64,000 bases of DNA from Phyllobates terribilis (Eukaryota). The notes beneath the pieces were generated by a model that was not told the DNA's origin, ran no database searches, and saw only the letters and a list, made by a program, of their open reading frames with translations. The stretch spans positions 164,548,001 to 164,612,000 of the forward strand of contig NW_027362764.1 in assembly GCF_046119375.1 (NCBI RefSeq). The letters run 5' to 3'. The translations under genes were made by a program, and so were the position numbers. Numbering within the stretch: the first letter of the stretch is position 1; each line of letters starts with the position of its first letter. This document shows positions 1-13,853 of the stretch, piece after piece.

Positions 1-3000
1 GTGGGTATTACGGAAACCTGGCTGGATGAAATCCATGACTGGGTGACAAACATAGAGGGATACACTACATGTAGAAAAGACATCAAAGACAAAAATTGAG
101 GGGGGTGTATTTTCGTAAGATCCAACTTAAAACCTGTGCTTAATGATAACATTGGGGAGAGTCAGTCTGGGTTAATGTATATGGGGATGGCAATAATGGA
201 AAGCTGCTAATTGTTACAAGCCTCCTAATATAGTTGAACTGGTAGAGGACGAAATGCTGGAACAAATTAAAAATGCAGCAAATAATAACAGGGTTCTTAT
301 TATGGGGGATTTTAACTTTCCAGATATTCAATGGGACATAGAATCTTCCATTTGTGCTAAAAGCTGCAAGTTCTTATCCACAGTTCAGGACAATTGCCTC
401 TATCAGCTGGTAGATGAATCAACCAGGGGAGGTAATCCGCTGGATCTGGTTCTGTCAACTAGACCAGATACAATTTCAGCTCTACAGGTCCAGGAGCATT
501 TGGGAAACAGCAACCATAATTTGGCAAGTTTCAATGTAATATTCAATAAAACATTTCAAAAAGGAAATGCAAAAACCTGGAACTTTAGGAAAGCTGATAT
601 CAACAAACTAAGGGAAGAGCTTAATCGAGTAAACTGGGACCATGTCATGGTAACTTGGGATACCGAACGTAAATGGGGCATGTTTAAGGAAATACTACTA
701 GAATCCTGTAGAAAATGTATACACTCTGGTAATAAAATGTCCAGGAATAAAAAGAAACCATTATGGATAAATAAGACAGTACAAAGTTTAACAAGACAAA
801 AACAAAGGGCATTCAAAATCTTTAAGACCGAGAATAGAGAAATAGCTCTTCAGGAGTATAAAGACCTAAATAAGAAGTGTAAAAAAGAAATCAAGCTAGC
901 AAAATTATCTACAGAGCAAAAAATCGACAGGGACATTAAAATAAATCCCAAAATTTTTTATATATTCATCAATGCCAAAAAGAGAAAATCAGATGTTATA
1001 AGCCCCTTTAAAAACGATAATAAGATAATTATAGAAGACAAAGAAAAGGATGAAATATTAAACAGACACTTTTCATCCATGTTCACCAACAAACAGTCTG
1101 TTCAAGGGATCTTTCAACAGGGAAAAAAAATCAAACTTCACCACCTGATATAACTAGTTTAACACAAAAAGAAGTACGCCTGCGTCTGAGCAAATTAAAC
1201 ATTGACAAATCCCCTGGCCCAGATGGTATTTATCCATGGATACTGAGGGAATTGAGCTCAGTAATTGACAAACCGCTATATCTCTTGTAACAGGGGTAGT
1301 GCCACAAGATTGGAGTATAGCCAATGTGGTACCGATATTTAAGAAAGGTAAGAAGGTGGATCCTACTGTCCAGTAAATCTGACATCAGTAGTGCGCAATG
1401 TTTTTGAGGGCATCATAAGAGATGACCTGCAGAGTTATATAGCTGAGAATAATATAATAAATGATGACCAGCACGGATTCATGAAAAATAGCTTGTGTCT
1501 AACCAACATGTTGGGTTTCTATGAGGAGGTAAGTGCAAATCTGGATGTTGGTAATGCAGCTGATGTGATTTATCTGGACTTTGCAAAGGCATTTGATACT
1601 GTACCACATAGCAGCCTTATACTGAAGCTACAGAAGCAAAGACTTGGGTGAACTATATGTAGATGGGTAACGAATTGGCTAAATGATAGGAAACAAAGAG
1701 TCGTCATAAATGGTACATTCTTTAAATGGGACATAGTCAGCAGTGGGGGCCACAGGGATGTGTGCTAGGACCAATTCTTTTTAACCTCTTTATTAATGAC
1801 CTTGGGGATGGGATTGAGAGTAAAGTGTCAGTTTTTGCTGACAATACCAAACTATGTAGAATATTAAAATCAAATCTTGACATTACGATATGCAGAACGA
1901 TCTGGATAATATGACTCAATGGGCAATCATTTGGCAGATGAGGTTTAATGTAGATAAATGTAGAGTAATGCACCTAGGACGGAGTAATCCTATTGCTACA
2001 TATACATTTAATGGGAGTATACCCGGGACTACAGAACAGGAGAAGGACTTGGGTATTCTGGTTACAAGTAAGCTGAGCAGCAGTACTCAATGTCAAGCAG
2101 CAGCCACAAAAGCAAACAAGATTTTAGGATGTATAAAAAGAGAAATAAAATCCCGCGATCCCAACATATGGTTACCCCTTTATAAATCACTGGTGAGGCC
2201 ACATCTGGAATATGGGATCCAGTTTTGGGCTCCACATTTTAAAAAGGATATTCAGAAGTTAGAGTCAGTTCAAAGACGGGCAATTAGATTATTACAAGGA
2301 AAGGAAGGCCTCTCATATGATGAGAGGTTGAAAAAGTTGAGTTTGTTTAGCTTAGAAAAATGATGCCTCAGAGGAGATCTCATTTACATGTATAAATATA
2401 TGTGTGGTCAGTACAAAGGACTAGCACATGACTTATTCCTTCCAAAGACCATACTAAGGACCAGGGGGCACTTATTACGGGTGGGAGAAAGGCGATTCCG
2501 GCACCTAAACAGGAAAGGGTTCTTTACAGTCAGAACAGTCGGACTGTGGAATGCCCGACCACAAGATGTAGTGATAGCAGACACTATAACAGCTTTCAAA
2601 AAAGGGATGGATGATTTCCTCGATACAGGTAACATTGTGGGTTACAGTTAAATTAGACAAAATGTTACACCTAATGGAGTACATTTGATCCAGGGTTCTT
2701 GTACTGATCGCCTTTTATCGGGGGCAAGATGGAATTTTTCTCAGTGATGCAAATTGGCCAAATGTGTCCTGGAGCTTTTGCCTTCTTCTGGATCAACAGA
2801 TTTAGGTATAGGGATTTTAGTAAAATCATTATTAGAATCATAAGAGTAACACACAATATAAAACTAATTTAAAAAATTATAAACTGGTTCATTTATAATT
2901 GGAATAGTATAGTAATAATAAAAATGGTAATAATACATTTGTGAGGCCTAGTCCCAGTAAGTAAGTAAGTTAGTGTAGTGTTAGTGTAGGGAGTACAATT

Positions 3001-3040
3001 GGGGGAAAAAGGTTGAACTTGATGGACCTATGTCTTTTAC
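1..3040 (+). mobile_element. CR1 LINE, degraded ORF2 (endonuclease + reverse transcriptase) and 3' UTR; continues off the left edge
   Basis: Fragmented ORFs 254-1153 (IMGDFNFPDI, LDLVLS), 1391-1651 (QHGF, YLDFAKAFDTVPH), 1726-1914 ([18 protein letters not shown] where FADD is expected) and 1890-2363 (EKDLG, RPHLEY). Several frameshifts and stops. CR1-type 3' UTR ending GGTTGAACTTGATGGAC near 3030. Confidence 0.95.
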
Positions 3041-4209
3041 AAAGGGTACAAAATAATACAGCATATACAGTTACAGAAAATAAAAGGGATTAACAAGAGA
3101 ACTTACTACACCAGTCGCAGACATGATTCAGTTTAGCTGAAGGAGATCACTTCGATTGGCCATTCAGTGAACGGGGTCCCTACATACACGATGTGTATCT
3201 CTCTACACGAACAAAAATCATAATTCGGCTTGATCTTTGATCATCCATGAGTCCTACCCACACACTCCCGTCTGATGACGCTACCTGGACCAGGTTACAA
3301 GCTGGTTTCAGCCCTTCATGATTTTATGAAATCCCCAACTTATGCGATAACTCCTCTCCGGATGATCTCAGAAGTTGGAGATTGATGCAATATTTTTTAT
3401 CAGGATTTTATCATTACTTAGAGACCAAGCATGGCATAGCTGTTGTCAGTTATCTATTTCCTGTGGATTTATGGCTCATAGGCAGGTGCTACAAATATAA
3501 AAAATATGCATATTCTTCTCCACCTTGCCCCGGCGATGAAAATGTATATCCCATTCCTATGCGGTTTATAAAAACTCCAATATTCTATATTTTCTTTCAG
3601 TGCCTTAGTGTCCAGCAAATATGTGTGGATGAAAGGAATGTGCACCTGTGAAGGACAATAGCTATTTCTAAAGAGTGTGAGATATTCCTTTTGATCCTTA
3701 ATGAGCCTTTTCCTATCTATTCAATCTGTATTTTTCGTGTATATGCAATACACATCCTCGTTCAGTCATTTGGCCCATATGTTAAACTATGTATTTCACT
3801 AGACTAATTGCTCTCGCATGTTAATTAAGCTGGCTCACTATTCAATTTCCTACTTGTATTCTATTGTACAATCCTACATGTAAGTGTCAGCTGAGATTGC
3901 AAATGACAGAGGAATGGAGGGAGGGGAAGAGGGGTTTCAGAGATATTAATATTTTCATATTCTCTATGACACACCCAAACTGGAAAAATTACCATACACA
4001 GTGAAAACTTTATAAGAGAACTACCAAAAATTACAATGAAAAATGGTGTTTTAGAGATGAGCTTCTCGTAGATGATGACCGGTATAGAGATGGTCTGCTG
4101 AATGAGGTCTTCTCTTAGAAAGGTATCAGTGTGTCAAACAGTGATACTCAAAGGTTAGCAATTATCTTTGTTTAACTTACAGAAAAAATACTATTTTTAA
4201 TGCACTTAA

Positions 4210-4374
4210 AAAGGTTGTCCACTACTTTATCATCAATGTCTGATTGGTTGGGGTCCGACACACGGCACCCCTGCCGATCAGCTGTTCTCGGTGTCGGCGG
4301 TGGCAGCCACCAATCAGAGATTGATGACCTATTCTAAGGATAGGTCCTCAATGATAAAGTAGTGGACAACCTCT
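4210..4374. mobile_element. Kolobok/T2-type MITE
   Basis: TIRs AAAGGTTGTCCACTACTTTATCAT / ATGATAAAGTAGTGGACAACCTCT, flanked by TTAA at 4206-4209 and 4375-4378. Confidence 0.85.
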
Positions 4375-4729
4375 TTAAATTAGATAATTTTTCAAAAGTG
4401 ACAGGAAGTGCTGTCATAATTGTTATCACCTTCTGGGTTACATTTTCACAAACTGATGGTTAACCAGGGTTGGACTAACAATCAAGTATTTACTCAGTAT
4501 TCAAGATTCTATGGATTGAAGTGACCTACAGCACGTTAGTTAATTACACCACTTCTTAACTCTTTAACAATCTATGATTTACATTTTTATCATAGGTCAA
4601 TAAGGAATGGATGAAGCAGTCTCAGGAGCTGAGCCTGCTTCATGCTGAGCAAACATCAACTCTTTCAGATAGTTGCCATCTGCCTGCAACTACAACGGCC
4701 GGTTCACAATCTGATCACTGTAGTTTAAC

Positions 4730-4900
4730 TTCTTAATTGCCTCTGTCAATCTCTGACAGCGGCATTTAAATTATGTCAGTGTCAGTGACCATGGTCACCA
4801 GCTTCTATCCGCTCCCTGTAATCACGGGGAACTGATGTGTTACCATGGCAGGCAGAAGCCTGATAAAGGTCACCATTACTACCATCTTGGTCCTCTAATG
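4730..4900 (+). mobile_element. Relic of the hairpin-rich repeat family also seen at 15090-16296
   Basis: Shares the motif TCAATCTCTGACAGCGG(C/T)ATTTAA with the copy near 15270. Confidence 0.4.
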
Positions 4901-6305
4901 AAGCATAGTTACAGGCTGAGATGGGAACACCACTTTAAGGTTCAGGGCCTGTAAAAAATTCCATAAATTATTGTTCCATCAATGCATTATTTTAAAAAGT
5001 GTATTATAGCTGTAAGTCCCAAGACTACTGCCCAGATTATTTACAGTCCAACCCTGCGATAAAATAATGATTTTTATTGATGAATTATGCTGTTACAAAT
5101 TATAATTAATATTAGCTTTTGTAAAAAAAATGTTTACATCTTTTATTGTGCATTTATTTATTTTTTACTTCTTTATTTCATATAACTCTTTGTTTTACTA
5201 CTGGATATTATAAATGTCATCTATGATCTATGGATTGTTTGCTTTCCTCATCAATGAGCACAATGCTCTTCGGAAGAATTTCTTCTGATCGAGTGATAGG
5301 AAATTGATTATTTGACCATGGCAGCCTGGTTTCAGGAGTAGTGAGTTACAGAATTTGCAATTCCAGCCATTTATATAAGGCTTTTCACTGACGTGCATGC
5401 TCAACATAAATACACAGTGGAATTGCTGAGAATCATTAAATAAAATAGAATGTATATGGTTAAAGTAACCAATAGCAACTACTCTATATCTCTGCTTGAT
5501 CTGCACATAGAACTAAACTTACGAGAACTGATTGTTGGCAGGTTGAGTACAATAATTTAGGTCATTTTGATTGTGTTTGAATTCAACATCTGAAGCTGTC
5601 TAAATAACTAAATGTTCATCAATTCTTGCAAGAAGGTAAAATTAGTCTCCTGACAGGATTTTAAATGGTCATAAGATGAAAACAGTCAAAGGGCTTAGTA
5701 CCCATGGTAACAATTATCCCAGGGCTATGATCTTCTGTTAGCCAGGTCTCTGTTGACTCAGGAAGTCAGAGTTATATTGGGTCAGGGTAAAGCTGAAATG
5801 GGTAGGCTGACTTGCCCTGAGCAGCTCACTACTGACCAGACTTCACTTATCCCATTAATTATTCCTGTCCACATGGCACCGATTGATACAGCTCACAATT
5901 AGTCGAGGTATGAAAGGTCACAGGAAAACAGTGCTTCTATTTACGAAAATTAGAATAGACATCTATTTAGTCTAGAGACCATGATTCCTATATTCTGCAA
6001 TGAACGTGTTCTTCTTAAGCAGGCAAACAGATCATTGATTAAAAAACACGGCTCAGCTTCAAATTCAGCAAACCACTTTTCTTCTGATGTGGTCTGTCAA
6101 TTTCCTAACAACAAGTAAAACAAGTGTATTTAGACAGATCACCTAGGGTAAAACTTCATGTTATCCCCTTTGAAAACTAATATCATTGGCATAGTTGTCA
6201 TTGGTATAGCTGATTGATGAGCAACCGCTGTGATCATGAGGTGGCTTGACAGCATTTGTTTAGGTTATAACTACATCAAAGCAGTCTTTCACCAAGAAAG
6301 ACAAA

Positions 6306-6463
6306 GTGGACAGCAATGTGAGCAACCTCTTCTTTCCTCAGCATCCCTGGTATCTCCAATATTAGATCAGAATGACAGGGTGGACAGCAGTGTGAGCAGC
6401 CTTTTCTTACCTCATCATCCTTGGTATCTCCAGTATTAGATCAGATAGACCGGGTGCACAACA
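6306..6463. repeat. 74-bp tandem duplication, about 2.1 copies
   Basis: Unit starting GTGGACAGCA recurs at 6306 and 6380, with a partial copy at 6454. Confidence 0.85.
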
Positions 6464-7381
6464 GATGCAAATTCATTGCAGAAACCTTTGTAGAATTTAA
6501 AGCGCACCTCTCAGCAGGATTGAGCTCAGTAAACTACATAAACTTTCAGGTGGACGACATTATACTGATTAAAATGATACCTTGGTTGATGAAATCGATC
6601 CTGTGGTTCTTGTGTAATCTTTACTTTCAGATTGGAGATAATGATATGCTCGTGTTTTGGGGCAGCCTGGAGGTGGCTCTATCTGGTGCTCTGCTTACAT
6701 ATTCATCTGTATGCTCTTATGACAGCTCATGTGGTTCTAACCATTCATGTTCAACACATAGTGGAGCCCAAAAAAATGGTCTCTTGCCTTGGACTACTGC
6801 CAACCAAAATGTGTTGACTGTAAATCAATATGGCCAAATGGTGCTAGTATTTCTTTAGAAGCAATCCTATAAAATAATAAACAAAAGATATTAGAGATGA
6901 TCTTACTTTTGTAAAAAAAAAAATAACATTACTCTAAAAGGCATCAATTTAGATAATTCCTAACTGTTAACATAACATTAGCATAAGAGCAAACTGTATT
7001 CACAAATCCATTCCTGAAAGGAATATGAGTAACCAAAAATGTTTTTTTCAATCCTAACTCATCATAGAAATAATTCAGTTAGTGTAAATACAATACTCCA
7101 ATTAACCCTTAACAACCAGATGGTTGCATTGGAGAAGTTTAGGATGATACCAGATGTCACAGTGATCGGATGACTTATTAATATCATACTGTTGAAAATC
7201 TGTTTAACGCATTTTTGTGAAACAGCTAATATGACGGCTTGTCACACTTTATTGTATTACTTTCCATCAGGATAACCCAATAATAACCCAATAAAGTTAC
7301 ATTTAGTTGCTTTTAACACTGTAACATTAATGTTTGTTTACACTACACAATAACCAATGCAATGAGCTTCACGCAATATTG

Positions 7382-7972
7382 TGTGAAATCTCGGCTACAT
7401 CATGCCACGCCAGGTGTGGGAAAGACTTAGTGCAACACAGAGGGAAGAGGGAAAGGGAGCCCAGACACTAGGGAAAGGGGAAAGTGGAGACCTCTTAGTC
7501 TGGTCTAGTGTCACCCTGTCTCAACTACCGTCCCTATATTGCCTCTTCAGCAATCGCCGCACGCGTGCCTCGCCTTGTCTTTCCTTGGCGTATGGCTAAG
7601 GCTAGGGATGGGAGGAGATGAGCAATAGTAGATCTCCACTAAACTCTATAGACAACAAGGGTAGACAAACGGGGGGTATTGCTTAGCTTTAGATGACTCC
7701 AGACAAATGCAAACTCGACCTCAAGCTCCAGAGAGGACAAAATACTGCTCTTGCTAAAGCCTCACAAGTAGAAATGAATATAGCCGACACCTCCCTCTCA
7801 GACACACAAGGTATATATACACCCAGGCCAGGGAGCTAATTACCAGAGGGAGGTAGCCGCTAGGTCCTAGAGACAGCCTTTCATCTAAGAAGATGTCTGT
7901 AATGCCAAATGTAGAGATCTCCTGCAACCAACTGCAGGGCGGCTGTCTGTCACCTCTGATACACCCGTGACA
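7382..7972 (-). mobile_element. Possible Ty3/Gypsy-type solo LTR
   Basis: GC-richer ~590-bp block bounded by TGTGA...GTGACA, with a TATA-like TATATATA near 7812. No clean TSD seen. Confidence 0.4.
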
Positions 7973-8664
7973 CATGATCACCTGAGCTCAAGTCAAAATA
8001 TTGTCAGAGTCCGTTTACATTATGTGATCTGCAGTGTTAAAAGACCCCCGATCAGGACATATTTGCTTATTGGCAGTTTAGACTATTTAGTTAGACAGAC
8101 TGCATTTCAGATGCCTACAGAACAATCACTAATAGATCGTTCTGTGTTCATAGACTTTCCTTATTCTCGTCAGTGCAGGTACTTTTTACACAGGACAGTG
8201 ATGAGAACGAAGATCTTTAAGGGAAAGCAAGATCATTTCACAAAATTGGGTGATCGACAGTCTGTTTACTTGCATGATTATTGGGAAACAAGTATTGCCA
8301 GGAATGCTAATTCCTGATAATTGTGGAATGTAAATGCAGTATAAATGCACGTTAAATGAGTTATATAGGACTTCTGTATTTTTTCTTATGGGGCGAAGAA
8401 TTTACAGGCAGGTAGTTGCTAACTACCTATCTGTTCTGCCTGGTTCCTGTCTGTTCTTCTCTGACTCATCCACAGAGAAGAGCAGAAGAGAAGAAGCTGC
8501 TCTGTCGACGAGACGTCAATGGAAGCCACAGACTCACCGGTAGGAGCTGTCACTGAGCCAGCAGAAATTCTTAATGTCATATGAAAAAAGTACAAAAGTC
8601 CAAGAAAACCCCTTTAAGTCCCCCTGAAAATGAGTAAAACATTTAAAATGAAAATTTATTTATT

Positions 8665-8864
8665 TTTTATTTATTTTATTCACTTATATAATGCTATTAA
8701 TTCCACAGCACTTTACAGACATTGTCGGCACTGTCCCAATTGAGGCTCACAATCTACATTCCCTATCAGTATGTCTTTGGAGTGTGGGAGGAAACCGGAG
8801 AACCTGGAGGAAACCGACGCAAACAACGGGGAGAACATACAAACTCCTTGCAGATGTTGTCCTT
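8665..8864 (-). mobile_element. SINE, 5'-truncated copy of the family at 28165-28434
   Basis: Reverse complement of the body and tail (CAAGGACAACATCTGCAAGGAGTTTGTATGTTCTCCCC...TAGATTGTGAGCC...AAATAAA). Confidence 0.9.
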
Positions 8865-11800
8865 GTATTTTATGACTTCAAACCTTCATGTCTTGAAAAA
8901 AACATAAAACAAAAACTCTGATATGTATCTTTTGATTTTTAGTTCTGAAATTCATTGATTATGCCCAACACCTGTTGAGTTGCTATACCTGACATGTTCA
9001 AGAAGAAGAGGGAGGCTGATTGTGAAAATGGGAAAAAAAAACTTTTTCTATTCTTACGCAGCCTCTAAATTCTCCAAATGTATTCTTGGAAATATTTAAC
9101 GTAAAAAGTCACATTTAACATAAAACAATAGAGTTTAACAAAAATATTTGCTGGACCCTGCTCCTGCAACAATGTGGGTAGTCCATGGCTGCCAGACTAG
9201 AACCCTGTTAACTCCTTATACCTGTCAGCATCCCTTGTGCCTCTTCTGATTTGTAGGCCAAGCATACATGCATCCGTCAGCAACAATGACATTGTGCTGG
9301 GCCTGCTAATTAAAAGAGATGCCAGGGAAGCAGACAGGTAGAAGAAGGTTTGCAGGACCGTGGTACAGTGGGCACAGACTATCGAAATAGCTGATGGACG
9401 AGGGTACTGCAACATTTTTTGATCAACTCTATAATACAGTATTGTGGATCGTAGGCATTGAGGCATTTAAAAATTAATTTTAGATTTTGATGACTATTAT
9501 TTTTAGACTATATACTTGTATTTAACAAAATGTTGTATCTTTTTTAGATCTGCACATCCTTGAATTTTCCAAGCTTAACATCAAAGCAGGGATGGTTTTG
9601 GCCTTATATGCATTAAACTTTCTATGTGGCGCCTGTTCTTATAGATAATTCCTTACAAGAACTGTGTTTCTGCTTATTTTTCCTGATTCACAGAACCGTG
9701 TGGTCCCAAAGGAACCTCTAATCATTCACTCTTGCCTTATAGGAACCCATGCCACCGAATTTGGCCAATTATTCTGGAAATAACTCCTACGCTGTTGAGA
9801 AACCTGCTCAAGATGCGATGAAAATTATCCACTTGATCCAGCTGTGGTAAATACAGTGGAAGAGCAATATAGAATACAAAGGCAATACGAATATATTATT
9901 TTGCATATAGAAAATATTTTAACCCTAAGACTATAACATATAACTGTGCGTTTATGAATAGTTTTGTTTTATTTTCCTTTGCTGTGCATTTTAGTAATTC
10001 TTGGTTATTACAAATTGATCCACGATGGGTTTTTATGGATTTGTTGCAGTTGACTGAACTTCTTTTTATAGTGTTTTGTCTGGAGAATAGGAAGGAATCG
10101 TTTATTTACAGAAAGAACATGACCTTGGGCTCATAATGATCTTCACTTAGCTTGTGTTCATTCAACAGGATAATAATAATGAGTCCAACATACAGAATAG
10201 TGTTGCTTTGATTCGAGGGTTGAAAGTGCCAGTCAGGAGGCGCATCAACCAAACAATGACTGAAAAAGCTAAAAGAACTACATGAAGATCCTCATCCACA
10301 CTGATTAGTAGAAGAGGATGTCACTTTAGAGGTTTACTATCCCAGCTTCTGTATATTATGATCTATGCAGGGTCACTGCACAGAAGATCAACATCACATT
10401 AATCTTCTGGAGATGGAGATGGCAATCCCAGACTAAGAAACATTTTAATCAGCTCCACTGGGGATTAGTTTGCCTTAGAAATGATGCATTGACATGCACG
10501 AGGTTCTGCTAGGTCGGTTTGTCTGAGATAGGTAGAGTCTTCTGTCCCCTGCTGTAATTTGAGGAAATCAGAAGGGGTGCAGTCTAGGGAGGTTTACAAG
10601 CTGAACGAAGCCACAACACATGTGTGAACCATTTACCATTTATTTATATATTTGACTTGAGCACATATAGAAATTTTTGGCAGCTCTGTCTGAAGGAGAT
10701 GCTGTTTTCATCTCAGTTTTCTGGCACAGAATGAACGTCTGGTGGAAAAAAATAGAGAAAAATTCAACAGAGCCTCCAACAATGATGGAGCTACCGCACA
10801 CATGCAAACCATTTGCCATTTATGTATACATTGAGATTGTGGAATCCAAGAAAAAGGATTTACGTGCAAGAATCTTCACATCTTTTGCATGCTATATCTA
10901 AACGGAAAAACGAAGGAAAAGCCATTGAATGGACATTTGAAGCTGTTAGATCACATCGGATATATTTAAAATGAAATTTTCACAAAAAGTATCATCGGCC
11001 CTAGTGCATTTTATGGTCAAAAATTCGCGACCAGTTTGACATGAAATTGTAGAATGAAGTCAGATGTATTCTACGCAGAGAGGTCTAGGCATATTTTATC
11101 CTGTAATTAATCGCTGGTATTTTTTTATCACCCACTTTCACTTGAAGTGCTCTATACAATAAAAGTCATATGATAGTTTAGATATATTATCAGCCCATTT
11201 TACCATGTGCTTTTATCTGTCAGTATTTTGCATCACTATTTGTAAGCCAAAACCATGAGTGGATCATAGATAGATAAAATGTGAAAGACCTGTGACCCTT
11301 ATACTGCTTTATGAATGAGGTCTTAGGATGAATCACAGCATTTAAGTCCATTGTGCCAAAAGAAATGCTGTGAATTAAGGTTTGCAAATTTTGGAAGCTA
11401 ATGTAGTGCAAATGATGCAGCCAGTGGGCTATGTGTTATCTTGGACTTGCCCTAGTAGGCTTGGTAACACATTGTTACAGCGGAGCCACTCCTTCCCATA
11501 CCTAACTTTCTGTACCTACTTATGATGGGCTTAGTATTAGTGACTGCTTTTAATACAGTCTTAATCTGAATCTTACTGCTGTGGTGCTGCCATAGTTTGA
11601 CAGCTTTTTTCTTCCAAGTTCAGGTATGAGGGTGGATATTGACGTCACTTCCAGAGGATGGTATTCTCGTTGGGAGAGTATGTGGAAACCACCTGGTTGC
11701 TCATTGGAAATAAGGGAATCCGAGCCTCCTGGAGGGCAAGAGACAGGGCAAAACCTGGTGCCCACTGTGGGCAAAAAACATGCTGTAACCTTTGTTTGTA

Positions 11801-11900
11801 CTACTTGTAGACATCTGGAATAGAGATATGGTTCTAGTGTTGGTCTGGAGTAGTCCCTTTTAAGGTGAGTAACCTATTTTATATAGGAAGAGACTTAGTG

Positions 11901-12148
11901 GACGAGCATGGTGGCTCAGTGGTTAGACTTGTTGCTCTGCCGTGCTGGGGTCCTGGGTTCAAATCCCATCAAGAACAACATCTGCAAGGAGTTTGTATCT
12001 TCTCCCAATGTTTTACATGCATTTCCTTCAGGATCTCTGGTTTCCTCCCACACTCCAAAGACATACTGATAGGGAATTTAGATTGTGGGACACTGTCTGT
12101 AAAGCGCTGTGGAATATGATGGCACTATGTAAGTAAAATTAATAAAGT
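11901..12148 (+). mobile_element. tRNA-derived SINE
   Basis: Pol III A box TGGCTCAGTGG and B box GGTTCAAATCC; same body as 28165-28434; A-rich tail. Confidence 0.9.
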
Positions 12149-13198
12149 TATACTAAAGTGCATATATGGACATGGACCATCCTCAACAATACAGCTATTT
12201 CTTTATTTGTTTAATGAACAAACAACGAGAAGAAAGGAGTTGGCGAAATGAACATGTCTTCATTCATTATTTTACCAATCAGTGGCCACAGAGGTGAGGT
12301 CATCAGTGGTCAGTGACGTCATCACTCCCAACCTGGCAGAGACCGTGGGAATGGCAGAGCTGGAGCGTATATGTGATTTTTCACAGACCAATAGTCCAAG
12401 TAAAAAAAAAAAAATTGCAGCATAGTCTTGTCCATTTTATGGATTGGACAAGTGCATGTAAATACAACTGCTGCAGCCTTCCGCTGTGCAGACGAGCACA
12501 CACATGGAGTCAGTCACTTCCTTAATTAGTGGAAATTTGCCATAGATAAGCTCTCTTTTTTACCATTTTCTCATACTTTTTACAGTTCGTTTTTTTATTC
12601 TTTTTATATTACTCTATTTATTGTTATTTGCTACATTGTTTCTTTCAAATTCATGACCTTTTCTTTATATGGATGTTCCCCATTTGGTCTCGGTCTAATC
12701 TGTTTTCATCAATCCATCCTACTTAGAGGGGTTGGTTTATGTTTATTTAGGACTAATACTAAAAACTGTGTAAAAATTGTGTAATATAGCTCTCTTAATG
12801 TTACTTACTCGTATACTCTAAAATCTTGACTGGCCAGTCTTCTGTGTTGGCAGCAGAAACTTCTCACCCATAAAATGGCAGCAGATAAAGGGGAATGTGA
12901 CCAGATACATCACTCAGCTTCGCCATTGAAACATCCTGCCCTTTGTACTGCGCTTGTGCTAGATTCTCGACAGTGCAAGCAAAATAGACTCTATTAGTAA
13001 TAGCATACATATAGCTATAGTATACAATTTTTAATATTAATTATACCCTTAAAAAATGTTGATAGAGCTAAAGGTAAAGAAGAGTGATGAGAGATGAGCC
13101 TAGTTTGAAAATTTATCCAAAACATATATCCAACAGTTCAAGGATGCAGGAGGTACATTTTTTTCATTTCTAGATTACCCTACCTTTTTTTACCTTAA

Positions 13199-13853
13199 AG
13201 AGAACCTTTCATCACGATTTTTCATGGTAAAGTAAAGGCATGGCCATAATGGCACTGTTATACAGATTCAATAGACACCTTTAGTGAAGAAATTGGTAGC
13301 CTGATTGTTCTTTAATCTGCATTTGAAGTTGCATAGGGGTGTGACTATAGGTAGGGTCTTTGGCTCTGCAAAGGTCCCTCCGCCTGCCTCTGGTGTCTAC
13401 ATCTGAATTTTTTAAAGTTTGTGCCAGTGCCGCCCTCATATTGGCAGCGTTTTCACATATTCATCTCCTGGTGGTCTTCAGTGAAATGGCACTGGTGACA
13501 ACGCATACGCAGATTGAGATCTCGGCTCTTTGTTGAATGGCAGCGCCATGTTACTGGAGACCATCAGGAGATGAATCTGTGCATGTGCCGAAATTGGTGA
13601 AGATGGTGCAAACTTTAAGAAAAGCAGATACAGACGCCAGAGGTTGGTGGAGATGCTGAGGCAGAGCCAAAGACCCTACCCACAGTCTCACCCCCTACCC
13701 ACCAAAAGGTTATTACACCCAAACTTCAGATTTGGATTAAAGAACGACTAGGGAGTGGATTTCTTCACAAAATGTATCTATTGAATATGTATAAGAGCGC
13801 CATTATAGCCATGCCTTTGCTGTAACATGCAAAATAGTGATGACAGGTTCTCT
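13199..13853. mobile_element. Kolobok-type MITE, almost wholly palindromic (655 bp)
   Basis: Termini AGAGAACCT / AGGTTCTCT; TTAA at 13195-13198 and 13854-13857; the arms match as inverted repeats well into the interior (e.g. GTAGGGTCTTTGGCTCTGC / GCAGAGCCAAAGACCCTAC). Confidence 0.88.

Noticed and set aside
3270-3325. CTGATGA that could begin a hammerhead
   Set aside because: No properly placed GAAA and no stem I pairing.
9743-9846. Possible plus-strand exon EPMPPNLANYSGNNSYAVEKPAQDAMKIIHLIQL, with a possible next exon near 10169
   Set aside because: The splice sites are only plausible, the peptide is unrecognised, and no consistent multi-exon model emerges.
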